Made by a program: the position numbers and the translations under genes. A DNA stretch of 64,000 nt from Candidatus Bathyarchaeota archaeon (lineage in GTDB: Archaea; Thermoproteota; Bathyarchaeia; Hecatellales; Hecatellaceae): assembly GCA_052246995.1 (NCBI GenBank), contig JBQPWD010000003.1, positions 147,988 to 211,987 of the forward strand, given 5' to 3'. Of the stretch, positions 48,774 through 57,959 are shown piece by piece. Every line of letters begins with the position of its first letter. Within the stretch, counting starts at the first letter, position 1. Below the pieces are notes generated by a model. That model saw nothing but the letters and a program-made list of their open reading frames with translations. It was not told the DNA's origin and made no database searches.

Positions 48774-49982
48774 ATGGTTAAAAATATACTTACGCTTGAA
48801 TTTAATGTTGGTGGAGGTCTTAGTAATGCCAGCATTGAAAATCCTATTCTACCTGAAGGATACTTAATGCTTTCTTCACTTTTAAGAGACCTAAAATCTT
48901 CAGGTTTTAAGGTTTATACTCCGCTAGATTTTAGGCTTAAGTTTGCATGTAAGGTTGTTGTGGATAAGTTTATTCCAGTTTTACCTGGAGAAAGTGTTCT
49001 AGAAAAACTTTCACGTTTTTTAAAGGATGTTGATGGAGTTATAGTTATAGCTCCAGCATACAGAAAACTTTTGTATAGATATACAAAATTTTTTGAAAAA
49101 CTTGGTGTTGAAGTTTTAGGTTCTTCTTCTAACGGTATTTATGTAGCATCAAACAAACTTTTAACTTTTAAAAGGTTTAAAAAACATGGAATCTTAACCC
49201 CTAAAACCATTGTTTGTAGGCTTAATAACCCTGTTGAAAAGGTTAAGGCTGATGTTAACAAGCTAGGCTATCCTGTTGTTTTTAAGCCTGTTGATGGGGA
49301 TGGATGTTCAGGTATAAGTCTTGTAAACAATTCTATGCAGGTTAAAGATGCTTTAAAAGCTTTAAGAATGAATACTGCCTCAAAACATTTTTTAATTCAA
49401 AAGTTTATCGAAGGCTTACATGCAAGCGTCAGCCTTCTTTCTAATGGTGTTGAAGCTTATCCTTTAACCTTAAACCTTCAAAAAATCAAGCTTAAACCTC
49501 CAAAGGGTTTTTCAAGTTATGATGGAGGTTTAACACCCTTCCACCATCCCTTAGCTAAGAAAGCTCTCTCTGAAGCTAAGTTTGCTGTTGAATGTTTAGA
49601 AGGTTTAAAAGGCTATGTTGGTGTTGACCTTATAATTTCTGGGGAAAACGTTTTCATTGTTGAAGTTAATCCTAGGTTAACAACAATTTATGCTGGTTTA
49701 AGTAGGATTTCAAAAGAATCTTTAGCCAACCTTATAGTTAAAGCCAGCTTAGGTTTAGATTTAAACAGAAAATTTGGTGTTAAAGGTTTCGCCGAAATTT
49801 TGAAAACTCCGTTAAACATAAAATCTAAAACATTCACCTTAAACATCAGTAGTGGTAAGTGGTTTGAGGCTGTAACCTACCTTTCACCTCAAAAAAGTAA
49901 AAACTTTACTCTTACTGTCACATGGGGTAAAAACTTAGAAATTCTTAAAAATAGGGTAAATAACTTAAGAGCTGTCCTTTAA
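48774..49982 (+). CDS. mfnD: ATP-grasp ligase, tyramine-glutamate ligase (MfnD-like)
   Basis: EG..ML..L..D, KPVDGDGC, QKFIEG, GYVGVD, EVNPRLTT, and mfn context. ATG at 48774. Confidence 0.72.
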   Translation: MVKNILTLEFNVGGGLSNASIENPILPEGYLMLSSLLRDLKSSGFKVYTPLDFRLKFACKVVVDKFIPVLPGESVLEKLSRFLKDVDGVIVIAPAYRKLLYRYTKFFEKLGVEVLGSSSNGIYVASNKLLTFKRFKKHGILTPKTIVCRLNNPVEKVKADVNKLGYPVVFKPVDGDGCSGISLVNNSMQVKDALKALRMNTASKHFLIQKFIEGLHASVSLLSNGVEAYPLTLNLQKIKLKPPKGFSSYDGGLTPFHHPLAKKALSEAKFAVECLEGLKGYVGVDLIISGENVFIVEVNPRLTTIYAGLSRISKESLANLIVKASLGLDLNRKFGVKGFAEILKTPLNIKSKTFTLNISSGKWFEAVTYLSPQKSKNFTLTVTWGKNLEILKNRVNNLRAVL

Positions 49983-50057
49983 GCTTAACCTTAAATTAAA
50001 GTAAACTGTAAGAATTTTGGTTTAGACCTGCATATTAACTGGTTTTAAAAAGATTTT

Positions 50058-50813
50058 TTGGTGGGCTGGTTGGAGATTATTCCTGTTATGGATGTTTTAA
50101 ATGGGGTTGTTATTCACGCTATTAAAGGTGAGAGAGAAAAATATAAGCCAGTTAAAAGTATGCTATGTACCTCTCCAAAACCTGGTGATGTTGCTTTAAC
50201 CTTCAAAAATCTAGGTTTTAAAAGTTTGTACATTGCAGACCTGGATGCAATAATTAATGAAAAACTTAGCTTAAACATGGTGTATGAGATTAAAAATGTT
50301 TGGAGTGGCGTTAACCTTATGGTTGATGCTGGAAAATTTAGCTTAACTCATGCTGAAAAACTTCTTAAGTCTGGTGTTTCAAAAGTTGTTATTGGAACGG
50401 AAACTTTAGAAAACCTTAATAGGCTTACCAGCTTGTCAAGTAAGGTTGTGGCTGAAAATTTTATCATAAGCCTGGACTTTAAAGGTGAAAAAATTTTAAC
50501 TAACTTGGAAAGTTTAAAAGGTTTTTCGCCAGTTAAAGCTTTAAAGTTTTTCTTAGATTTAGGTTTTAAAAACTTTATCTACTTAGACCTTTTAAAGGTT
50601 GGAAGTCTTGAAGGTGTAGAGTTAGATATTGTAAGTAACATTGTTAAATGTAAAGGTGAAGCTAGCTTAATTGTTGGTGGTGGTGTTAAGAGTTTTAATG
50701 AAATTTTAAAGTTAAGGGACGTTGGTGTTGACGGGGTTCTAGTTTCAACAGCAATCCATAAAGGATTAATCGGTAGAAAAGAGCTGGATTTTTTAGCCTC
50801 ATTAAAAAATTAG
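50058..50813 (+). CDS. HisA/HisF-related TIM-barrel protein of C1 clusters (Orf17-like)
   Basis: IIPVMD...G.V.HA..G.R..YKP, YIADLDAI, GTET, VGGGV. Confidence 0.8.
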   Translation: MVGWLEIIPVMDVLNGVVIHAIKGEREKYKPVKSMLCTSPKPGDVALTFKNLGFKSLYIADLDAIINEKLSLNMVYEIKNVWSGVNLMVDAGKFSLTHAEKLLKSGVSKVVIGTETLENLNRLTSLSSKVVAENFIISLDFKGEKILTNLESLKGFSPVKALKFFLDLGFKNFIYLDLLKVGSLEGVELDIVSNIVKCKGEASLIVGGGVKSFNEILKLRDVGVDGVLVSTAIHKGLIGRKELDFLASLKN

Positions 50814-50865
50814 CTTTAACCTTATTAAAGATTTAAATATGTTTGCTTAGCAAGTCTTACTTGTT

Positions 50866-51579
50866 ATGAAGCTTCTTGTTAGTGTTGTTAATGCTGATGA
50901 AGCTTTAAAGGCTTTTAGAGGAAAGGCGGATATTGTTGATGTTAAAAACCCTTTTGAAGGCTCTCTTGGTGCTCCAAAACCCGGAGTGGTTGTAGCTGTA
51001 AGAAAGGTTTTACCTAAAAACGTTGAAGTAAGTGTCGCTGTTGGCGATGTTCCAAACCTTCCAGGAACAATCTCTCTAGCGGTTTTTGGTGTTGCCTGTT
51101 TAAATGTTGATTACGTTAAAGTTGGAGTTTACGGTTCAAGAAACTTGGAAGAAGCCTATATTCTAGGTAAAAGCGTTGTTGATGCTGGTAAAATGTTAAA
51201 CGGAAAAGTTAAGGTTGTTTTAACATCCTACGCGGATTACTCTAGAGCTGGATGCTTAAGCCCAGAAGATATTCTTCAAGCGGCTCATAAAGTTGAGGCT
51301 GATATTTTAATGATTGACACCAAAATTAAAGATGGTAAAAACTCTTTTACCTTTTTAAGCGAAGATAGAGTTAAAAAGCTATGTTCAGAAGCTCATGATA
51401 GGGGTTTGCGCTTTGCTTTAGCTGGCTCTCTAAGCCTTACCGATGTTGAAAAAGCTTTCAGATGTAACGTTGACATCTTAGGATTTAGAGGTGCAGTTTG
51501 CAGCGGGGATAGAGTTAATGGTAGAGTTGATGAGAAAAAGGTTTTAATACTTGCAGAAAAAATTAAAAGTTTAGTTTAA
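50866..51579 (+). CDS. mfnB: (5-formylfuran-3-yl)methyl phosphate synthase
   Basis: LLVSV...EA, DVKNP.EGSLGA, YVKVG, MIDT..KDG, LAGSL, GFRGAVC. Confidence 0.92.
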   Translation: MKLLVSVVNADEALKAFRGKADIVDVKNPFEGSLGAPKPGVVVAVRKVLPKNVEVSVAVGDVPNLPGTISLAVFGVACLNVDYVKVGVYGSRNLEEAYILGKSVVDAGKMLNGKVKVVLTSYADYSRAGCLSPEDILQAAHKVEADILMIDTKIKDGKNSFTFLSEDRVKKLCSEAHDRGLRFALAGSLSLTDVEKAFRCNVDILGFRGAVCSGDRVNGRVDEKKVLILAEKIKSLV

Positions 51580-51582
51580 ATT

Positions 51583-52257
51583 TTAAGTCACAATCTTTGT
51601 ACAAACTGTTTCTTTACCACTTAAAATATTAATCACTCTTTCAGGATAAAACCCGTTTACAACATAACATGTAAGCTTATACCTTGAAATAATCTTAGGT
51701 AAAAAGCTGTCTATACATGTTTCCCTAAACTTTTGAAGTTTTTTAACATGAATCTCCCTTAAAAGCTTCACCTTAGAATGTTTTCTTGGGTCTTTATCAA
51801 AAATTCCATCAACATCTTTAACAAGTATAATTTTCTCAGCTTTTATCATAAACCCTATATATGCTGCAATAGAGTCAGAAGTTACTTCCCACGAAGATTT
51901 TAAATTTTTACTTCCTAAGATAAACCTTGATGGTAAAATTAGTGGTAAAGCTTTACTTGAAACTCTTTTAAGCTCAGCTAAGCTGCAAACTTTAACAGAG
52001 TTTGAAATAAGACTTGAAAGCATAACACCATACTGATCCATGGCTAAAATAGCCATATAATGGGAGATTTTAGCCGGAAGCTTAAACAATCCATCTACAA
52101 GTCTAACAGCATCCGCAAAAATACCTCCTCCAGGAATGATTACTATCTCATATTTTTCAACAAGTTTGCTTAAAACTTTACATAGCTTTCTAAGTTTTCC
52201 AGGTCTACTTATAAGGCTTCCCCCGATCTTAATAACATCCACCCTTTTCAACACCAC
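51583..52257 (-). CDS. mfnE: [5-(aminomethyl)furan-3-yl]methyl phosphate kinase (amino-acid-kinase fold)
   Basis: KIGGSL, PGGG.FAD.VR, H.MAI.AMDQYG, SWEVTSDSIA, KDVDG. Confidence 0.82.
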   Translation of the reverse strand: MVLKRVDVIKIGGSLISRPGKLRKLCKVLSKLVEKYEIVIIPGGGIFADAVRLVDGLFKLPAKISHYMAILAMDQYGVMLSSLISNSVKVCSLAELKRVSSKALPLILPSRFILGSKNLKSSWEVTSDSIAAYIGFMIKAEKIILVKDVDGIFDKDPRKHSKVKLLREIHVKKLQKFRETCIDSFLPKIISRYKLTCYVVNGFYPERVINILSGKETVCTKIVT

Positions 52258-52270
52258 ATAAAAAGCAACT

Positions 52271-53353
52271 TTATGGGGATTTTAGGAATGAAACCTTAAA
52301 ATCTTTAATAAATTTTTCAGCAACCATAAAAGCCAAACCTGCTGAAGGTAAAACTCTTGAGATGTTTAAATTTAATTTTTCATTTAAGCATGAAACATTT
52401 TGAAATCCAGCTTTAATTGCAGCTTTTTTGGCTAAAAACCCTGATTTAACTCCAGCAGTAAAAATTGGAATAGTCAATTTATATTCCTCGTTTTTCCAGT
52501 GTTTTTTAAGCACGTTGTTTAATGCTTCCACTATTAAGCTTAACTGCTTATCTGCTATCTGAACTGCTAAGCTTATAACTTCATCTTTTCCCAACATGTT
52601 TATATCTGCACATACAACTCTTGCAATACGCGCTAAAGCCTCTTTTATGGTTTTACCTCTACCGTCAGCAGTATCTACAGTATAATCTTGTCTAAAAATT
52701 TCCTTTAAAACAAGGTAAACATCCGCTGTTGAAGCAAAATATTCCGAGGAAACTTTAACACTTAAACCCCTAACATTTAAAGTTTGGGTTATGGTTGCAA
52801 TGTTTGTTCTTAAAGCACCAGTATAAACAAGTTCCCCGCATGCAAGTTTTTCCAAATCATTTTTACCTTCAGCGTTAACTTTTCCGTTTTTAACCGGAGT
52901 TATGGTTGTTGTTGTACTTCCAGTATCAATAACAATGCAATCTTTAGCTATTTTGGATGCAAGCCACCCTGAAGCATACCAGTTTGCCGATGCAACCTTG
53001 TAAGGTTGCTTTTCAGCTTCATCAATAGTTACCAATTCTCCATCAACATTTAAAACAAGAATTGGATGTGGCGATAAAACCTTTTTAACACATCTTAAAA
53101 CATGTTTTACACCTTCATTTTTGGTGAAGTAAACATCTGAAAGTTCAGCTGTCATCGTCACTCCGGCAAAGTTAAACTCTCCTAGCTTTAAAACAAGCTT
53201 TTTCAAGGTTGCTGGAAGCTTATTTTTTCCCACTTTCCATATTGGAAAATATTGGGTAACAGTTTTCAGTTCTCTTACACTTGTACCTTTAACTTTCAAC
53301 ACTGCCGCCTTAATATTTGCCCCCCCAACATCTAATCCTAAAATGCTAATCAT
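52271..53353 (-). CDS. mfnF: MfnF-like H4MPT-linked C1 pathway protein (hydantoinase A fold)
   Basis: GLDVGGANIK, TMTAELSD, SANW, DTGSTTT, LVYTG.LRT, SE.FA..AD, T.DGR.K, R.AR..CAD. Confidence 0.82.
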   Translation of the reverse strand: MISILGLDVGGANIKAAVLKVKGTSVRELKTVTQYFPIWKVGKNKLPATLKKLVLKLGEFNFAGVTMTAELSDVYFTKNEGVKHVLRCVKKVLSPHPILVLNVDGELVTIDEAEKQPYKVASANWYASGWLASKIAKDCIVIDTGSTTTTITPVKNGKVNAEGKNDLEKLACGELVYTGALRTNIATITQTLNVRGLSVKVSSEYFASTADVYLVLKEIFRQDYTVDTADGRGKTIKEALARIARVVCADINMLGKDEVISLAVQIADKQLSLIVEALNNVLKKHWKNEEYKLTIPIFTAGVKSGFLAKKAAIKAGFQNVSCLNEKLNLNISRVLPSAGLAFMVAEKFIKDFKVSFLKSP

Positions 53354-53463
53354 GAAGTTGCATCTCCTTTTTAATCTTCATAATACTTTCTAAACTATTG
53401 TAAATTATAGTTAAATTAAACTTGTAATGTTGAGTTAGTTTATGTAAAGAGGCTTAGATTTAA

Positions 53464-54318
53464 TTGGTTAAGCTTAAAATCTTGAAGATTCAATGTAAAT
53501 ACTGGACGCCTGGATTAAACCTAGTTGACACTTTAACTAAGCTTTTACAAAATCATGTTAAGGATGAGGACTTTATTGTTCTTTCTGAAAAAGCTTATGC
53601 CCTAGCTTTAGGATACATTTTTGATGAGGCTAAAATCAAGCCAAATTTACTTTCAAAAATTTTTGTTTATTTTTGGATGCGTTTAATCTGGGGGTATGTT
53701 TTATCCTTCATTTGTAAACTTACACCTCAAACAATTAAACTTCTAAGAAGCTATCCTGTAGTTGATGGGGCTTCACATAAACAGTTGGCTTTAAAGGCTT
53801 CAGGTTTCTTAAGCGCCTTAAAACCAGTATCTGAAGATGGTATTAACGGAAGCAACCTCCCATACAAGCTTGTAACCTTGCCAATAAAAGATATTCAGGA
53901 AAAAGTTGACAAATTAAGAAGAGACTTAGAAAAAAAGCTGGGTGTAAATTTAAATTTAATTGTTGTTGATAGTGATAGAATGTATGTTTATAGAAGGAAT
54001 TGTAGAATAATTTTTTCTACAAGAAAAACCTGTTTTAGGGAGATTAAGTTTTTAGGTTTTTTAGCCTACATTGTGGGTAGAGGCTTCAGAGGCTTCTTTA
54101 AGCCTTTAGCAACCCCTTTAGCATTTTCAGGCAGGAAAATAAAGTTTGAGGATATTTTGATGATTGCAGAAGCTGCTGACAGAGTTAGAGGTTACGGTGC
54201 TGGGAGAACTGTTTTTGAGGTTGCTGAAAAATTTAATGTTCCAGTTTCATGTGTCTCATGGGAGATGCTGGAAAAAGTTAAACATTACCCTGTAATTTTG
54301 GTGAGAAGACTAGATTAA
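53464..54318 (+). CDS. CofE-like gamma-glutamyl ligase family protein
   Basis: D.IVLSEKA, HKQ.AL, LKP.SE.GI..SNLP, D..RG.GAGRTV. Confidence 0.7.
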   Translation: MVKLKILKIQCKYWTPGLNLVDTLTKLLQNHVKDEDFIVLSEKAYALALGYIFDEAKIKPNLLSKIFVYFWMRLIWGYVLSFICKLTPQTIKLLRSYPVVDGASHKQLALKASGFLSALKPVSEDGINGSNLPYKLVTLPIKDIQEKVDKLRRDLEKKLGVNLNLIVVDSDRMYVYRRNCRIIFSTRKTCFREIKFLGFLAYIVGRGFRGFFKPLATPLAFSGRKIKFEDILMIAEAADRVRGYGAGRTVFEVAEKFNVPVSCVSWEMLEKVKHYPVILVRRLD

Positions 54319-55265
54319 ACTTCTCCTACAACATTTCTTGCAGCTTCAACAGCTTCCTTATTGAATATCTTGTAGGGTCCAAGTTTTCCTCCAAAGTTTA
54401 CAGCTGTAATTCTTTTTACCCCCCTAATCTTTGCGGCAGCAAGTATTCCTACTCCTTGTGCAATTTTTACAGCTTCAGCCGTAATTCCATTAATAACTAT
54501 CTCTAGTATGCTGTTTACTCCTTCAGGAACCATTGAATCTTTAACTTTATCCTTTATTGTTGGGCAGAGTGGGTGGTTTGTTGATGCTGGAAGCTTAGGA
54601 TACTTTAATGATCCAACTTTAGAGCCGCTACGAACAATTCCTCCTGGAAATGGTAAGATGACCTTTTTACACTTGTTTCTAATAGCCTCTACAGCCTTCA
54701 TGGCGGCCTGAAGAGTTGACCTTTCATCTTCTCCCATAATTATGATGTTTCCGCCAGCGACACCTTTGACCATCCCAACTGTCTCCTCAACCAAGAACCA
54801 TCCTTGCATAACAGGAATTCTAACCATCTTTTTACCATAAATTGTTTCAAAAGTTTCAAAACCATCTCCAAACTTTCCAATAGCGCTTCCAATATGAAGC
54901 TTTCTTTTAACTTCAGGTAAACCGTCAAAAGCATAAGCTGTTGGACATGTAAGAATACACTGGCCAAGCCTAGCTAAAACCTGCATTTTAAGTTCAGGTA
55001 AGGTTCTATGATAAATTTGGATTAAGGCTCCAACTCTACCATCAGGTGTTTTATCCTTATCTACAACCCCCTCCACTCCAGCCTCAGCTGGAGACATGAT
55101 GATTGAGCTTGCAAACCCTGTTGCAACTTGAGCTGCTGTTCTAGCCCAATATTCATCTTCGGCAGTGATAAGTATTCTCACAGCAGCCATAGGAAAAGCT
55201 TCAGCAAACGTATCTTCAACTTCAACTTCTCCAATTTTAAAATAAGACAACCTAAAACCCTCCAA
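54315..55265 (-). CDS. ftr: Formylmethanofuran:H4MPT formyltransferase
   Basis: EDTFAEAF, TPDGR.G, R.GQCILTCPT, GVAGGN, PFPGGIVRSGSKVGS, NFGGKLG. Confidence 0.96.
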   Translation of the reverse strand: MEGFRLSYFKIGEVEVEDTFAEAFPMAAVRILITAEDEYWARTAAQVATGFASSIIMSPAEAGVEGVVDKDKTPDGRVGALIQIYHRTLPELKMQVLARLGQCILTCPTAYAFDGLPEVKRKLHIGSAIGKFGDGFETFETIYGKKMVRIPVMQGWFLVEETVGMVKGVAGGNIIIMGEDERSTLQAAMKAVEAIRNKCKKVILPFPGGIVRSGSKVGSLKYPKLPASTNHPLCPTIKDKVKDSMVPEGVNSILEIVINGITAEAVKIAQGVGILAAAKIRGVKRITAVNFGGKLGPYKIFNKEAVEAARNVVGEV

Positions 55266-55352
55266 GTCATCTATTAGGCATATATATTACTTCTTATCTT
55301 AATATAAAAAAATAAAAACATTTTTAAGGTGATTTATAGGTGGCAGTTAAAC

Positions 55353-56204
55353 ATGAGCGGCCAGAAAATCGTTAAGGTTGGAGTATTAAAGTATGGCTGT
55401 GTAGGAACAGCACCCCTCCTAGAATATTTACTTGATGAGCGTGCAGATAGGGAAGATATCAAAGTTAGAGTTGTAAGCTCCGGAGCGAAGCTTAGCCCTG
55501 AAGAAGTCGAAGAAGTTACCACGAAAATTCTAGATTTTAATCCTGACTTTGCCTTAACAGTCAGCCCGAATGCGGCCTTACCAGGCCCGAAAAAAGCTCG
55601 TGAGTTTCTAGCAAAAAAAGGTTTACCGCTAATAGTCGTCTCAGATGCTCCTGCAAAAAGGATTGTTAAAGAGTTGGATGAGGGAGGCTTTGGGTACATT
55701 ATTGTTGACGCCGATCCCATGATAGGTGCACGTAGAGAATTTTTAGATCCTGTTGAGATGGCCTTGTTTAATGCTGATATTATAAGGGTTTTAGCCATTA
55801 CAGGGGTTTACCGCTTAATTGTTGATGCTGTTGACAACGTTATTGAAGCATTTAAACGTGAGGAAAAGCCTACTCTTCCACGTATAGTTGTAACAAGAGA
55901 GCTTGCAGTAGAAAAAGCAGGATTTCAGAATCCTTATGCTAAAGTTAAAGCTATGGCGGCATATGAGATTGCTAAAAAAGTTTCAGACCTTACAATTGAG
56001 GGCTGCTTTAAGATTCAGGAAAGAAGCTTATATATTCCCATCGTTGCAGCAGCACATGAAATGTTAACTGAGGCTGCAAAATTAGCTACTGAAGCACGTG
56101 AAATAGAAAAGTATGGAGATTATCTTTTAAGAATTCCTCATGCTAAAGATGGTTGTTTACTTTCAAAACTTAAGTTAGCTGAAAAGCCTGAAAGAAGAGG
56201 ATAA
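55353..56204 (+). CDS. mtd: F420-dependent methylene-H4MPT dehydrogenase
   Basis: LLDERADREDI, SGAKL, SPNAALPGP, MIGARREFLDP.EMA.FN, NPYA.KA, AAHE. Confidence 0.95.
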   Translation: MSGQKIVKVGVLKYGCVGTAPLLEYLLDERADREDIKVRVVSSGAKLSPEEVEEVTTKILDFNPDFALTVSPNAALPGPKKAREFLAKKGLPLIVVSDAPAKRIVKELDEGGFGYIIVDADPMIGARREFLDPVEMALFNADIIRVLAITGVYRLIVDAVDNVIEAFKREEKPTLPRIVVTRELAVEKAGFQNPYAKVKAMAAYEIAKKVSDLTIEGCFKIQERSLYIPIVAAAHEMLTEAAKLATEAREIEKYGDYLLRIPHAKDGCLLSKLKLAEKPERRG

Positions 56205-56210
56205 CTGGCG

Positions 56211-57959
56211 ATGTTTACCTTTGTACTTATAACCGGAAGAACTCTTGAACAGGGTAAAAACTTAGAGATTGGAAAATTTAGTAAGGAATACTTTGATAAT
56301 GCTGCTGTTTGTGAAATTGCTAAGGAGGATATGGAAAAACTTGACATCAAAGATGGTTCAAATGTTAAAGTTAAAACAGCTTATGGTGAAGTTGTTGTTA
56401 AAGCAGTAACTTCAGCGTTTGTAACTTCAGGAACAGTTTTTATTCCTATGGGTGCATGGGCAAACATCGTTGTTAACCCAAACACCCAAGGCTCTGGTAT
56501 GCCTACACTTAAAGGAATACCTGCAACAGTTGAACCAACTTCGGAGCGTATACTAACGCTGGAAGAGTTAATGAGTAATGTTCACAAAAAACCAGTTAAA
56601 TTCGATTTTTCGCAGAAACCCACATTAAGCTCCACCTTTACTAAGGACACAGAGTGCAACTTTAAAGATGTTGTTTGCTGCTTTTGTGGGTGTGTGTGCG
56701 ATGATTTGGAGGTTGTTGTTGATAACTCAACTATAAAATCTGTTAAAAACGCTTGTGCCATAGGTATGGCTAAACTTCTTAATTACAACAACGAAAGAGT
56801 TTACCAACCCATGGTTAGAAAAAACGGTAAACTTGTTGAGGCTAGTCTTGAGGAGGCTGTTGAAACAGCAGCCAACATTCTTGTAAACGCCAAGTATCCA
56901 CTGCTTTACGGTTGGAGTTCAACCTCAAATGAAGCCATGCGGCTTGGTGTACGTTTAGCTGAGCTTGTTGGTGGTGTTGTAGATAACACTTCCGTCATCT
57001 GTCATGGGCCAACAGTACTTGGAACCCAGCAGGTTGGGGTTGTTACAGCAACACTTGGTCAAATTAGGAACAGGGCAGACCTCATAGTTTTTTGGGGATG
57101 CAATCCTCTACATGCTCACCCAAGGCATACTGTAAGATACTCTGCAATGGCTAAAGGTTGGTTTGTTAAGGGACGTAAGGAAAGAAAGGTTGTTGTTGTT
57201 GACGCTAGGCCTTCTCCAACCTCTAGAATAGCTGACTTGTTTATCAAAGTTAAGCCTGGAATGGATTACGAGCTTATCACAGCTTTAAGGATGGCTGTAA
57301 AGGACCAGGAGATTGAGGCTGAAAAGGTTGCTGATGTTCCAAGGGAGGTGATTTTACAAACAGCTGACATGCTTAGGTCTGCAAAATTTGGCGCCTTATT
57401 TTTTGGTATGGGTTTAACAATGACATCTGGTAAGGGTAGGAATATTGAAGAGGCTATAAGGCTTATTCAAGACCTAAACGAGTGGACAAAGTTTGTCATG
57501 CTTGCCATGAGAGGTCATTTTAACGTTACAGGTACAAATACGGTTATAACTTGGCTTACCGGCTTCCCTTATGCCGTAGATTTAAGTTTGGGTTATCCTA
57601 GGCATAACCCTGGATTAACCAGTTCAGTGGATATCCTTACTAGAGGAGATGTTGATGCCGCCTTGGTCGTAGCCTCGGACCCAGCTTCACACCTTCCTCA
57701 AAAAGCTGTTGAACATCTAACAAAGATTCCTGTTATAGTTTTAGATCCAAGGTGGAGCCTAACCTCAACCATAGCAGATGTGATTATTCCAACAAGCTTT
57801 GTAGGTATAGAGGTTGATGGTACGGTTTACAGGATGGATGGTGTGCCGTTAAAGGCTAAAGCCATTGTTAAACCACCGCCTGGAATTTTAAGCGATGAGG
57901 ATGTTTTAAGTATGCTCATCAAAAAAATTGAGGAGAAAAAGTTTGGGGTTGGGGGTTGA
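56211..57959 (+). CDS. fwdB: Formylmethanofuran dehydrogenase FwdD-FwdB fusion
   Basis: N-terminal FwdD (LITGRT..QG, FIPMG.WAN, GMP..KG), linker, then FwdB (C.FCG..CDD, CHGP, GCNP.HAHPRH, MRGHFNV, YRMD.VP). Confidence 0.93.
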   Translation: MFTFVLITGRTLEQGKNLEIGKFSKEYFDNAAVCEIAKEDMEKLDIKDGSNVKVKTAYGEVVVKAVTSAFVTSGTVFIPMGAWANIVVNPNTQGSGMPTLKGIPATVEPTSERILTLEELMSNVHKKPVKFDFSQKPTLSSTFTKDTECNFKDVVCCFCGCVCDDLEVVVDNSTIKSVKNACAIGMAKLLNYNNERVYQPMVRKNGKLVEASLEEAVETAANILVNAKYPLLYGWSSTSNEAMRLGVRLAELVGGVVDNTSVICHGPTVLGTQQVGVVTATLGQIRNRADLIVFWGCNPLHAHPRHTVRYSAMAKGWFVKGRKERKVVVVDARPSPTSRIADLFIKVKPGMDYELITALRMAVKDQEIEAEKVADVPREVILQTADMLRSAKFGALFFGMGLTMTSGKGRNIEEAIRLIQDLNEWTKFVMLAMRGHFNVTGTNTVITWLTGFPYAVDLSLGYPRHNPGLTSSVDILTRGDVDAALVVASDPASHLPQKAVEHLTKIPVIVLDPRWSLTSTIADVIIPTSFVGIEVDGTVYRMDGVPLKAKAIVKPPPGILSDEDVLSMLIKKIEEKKFGVGG

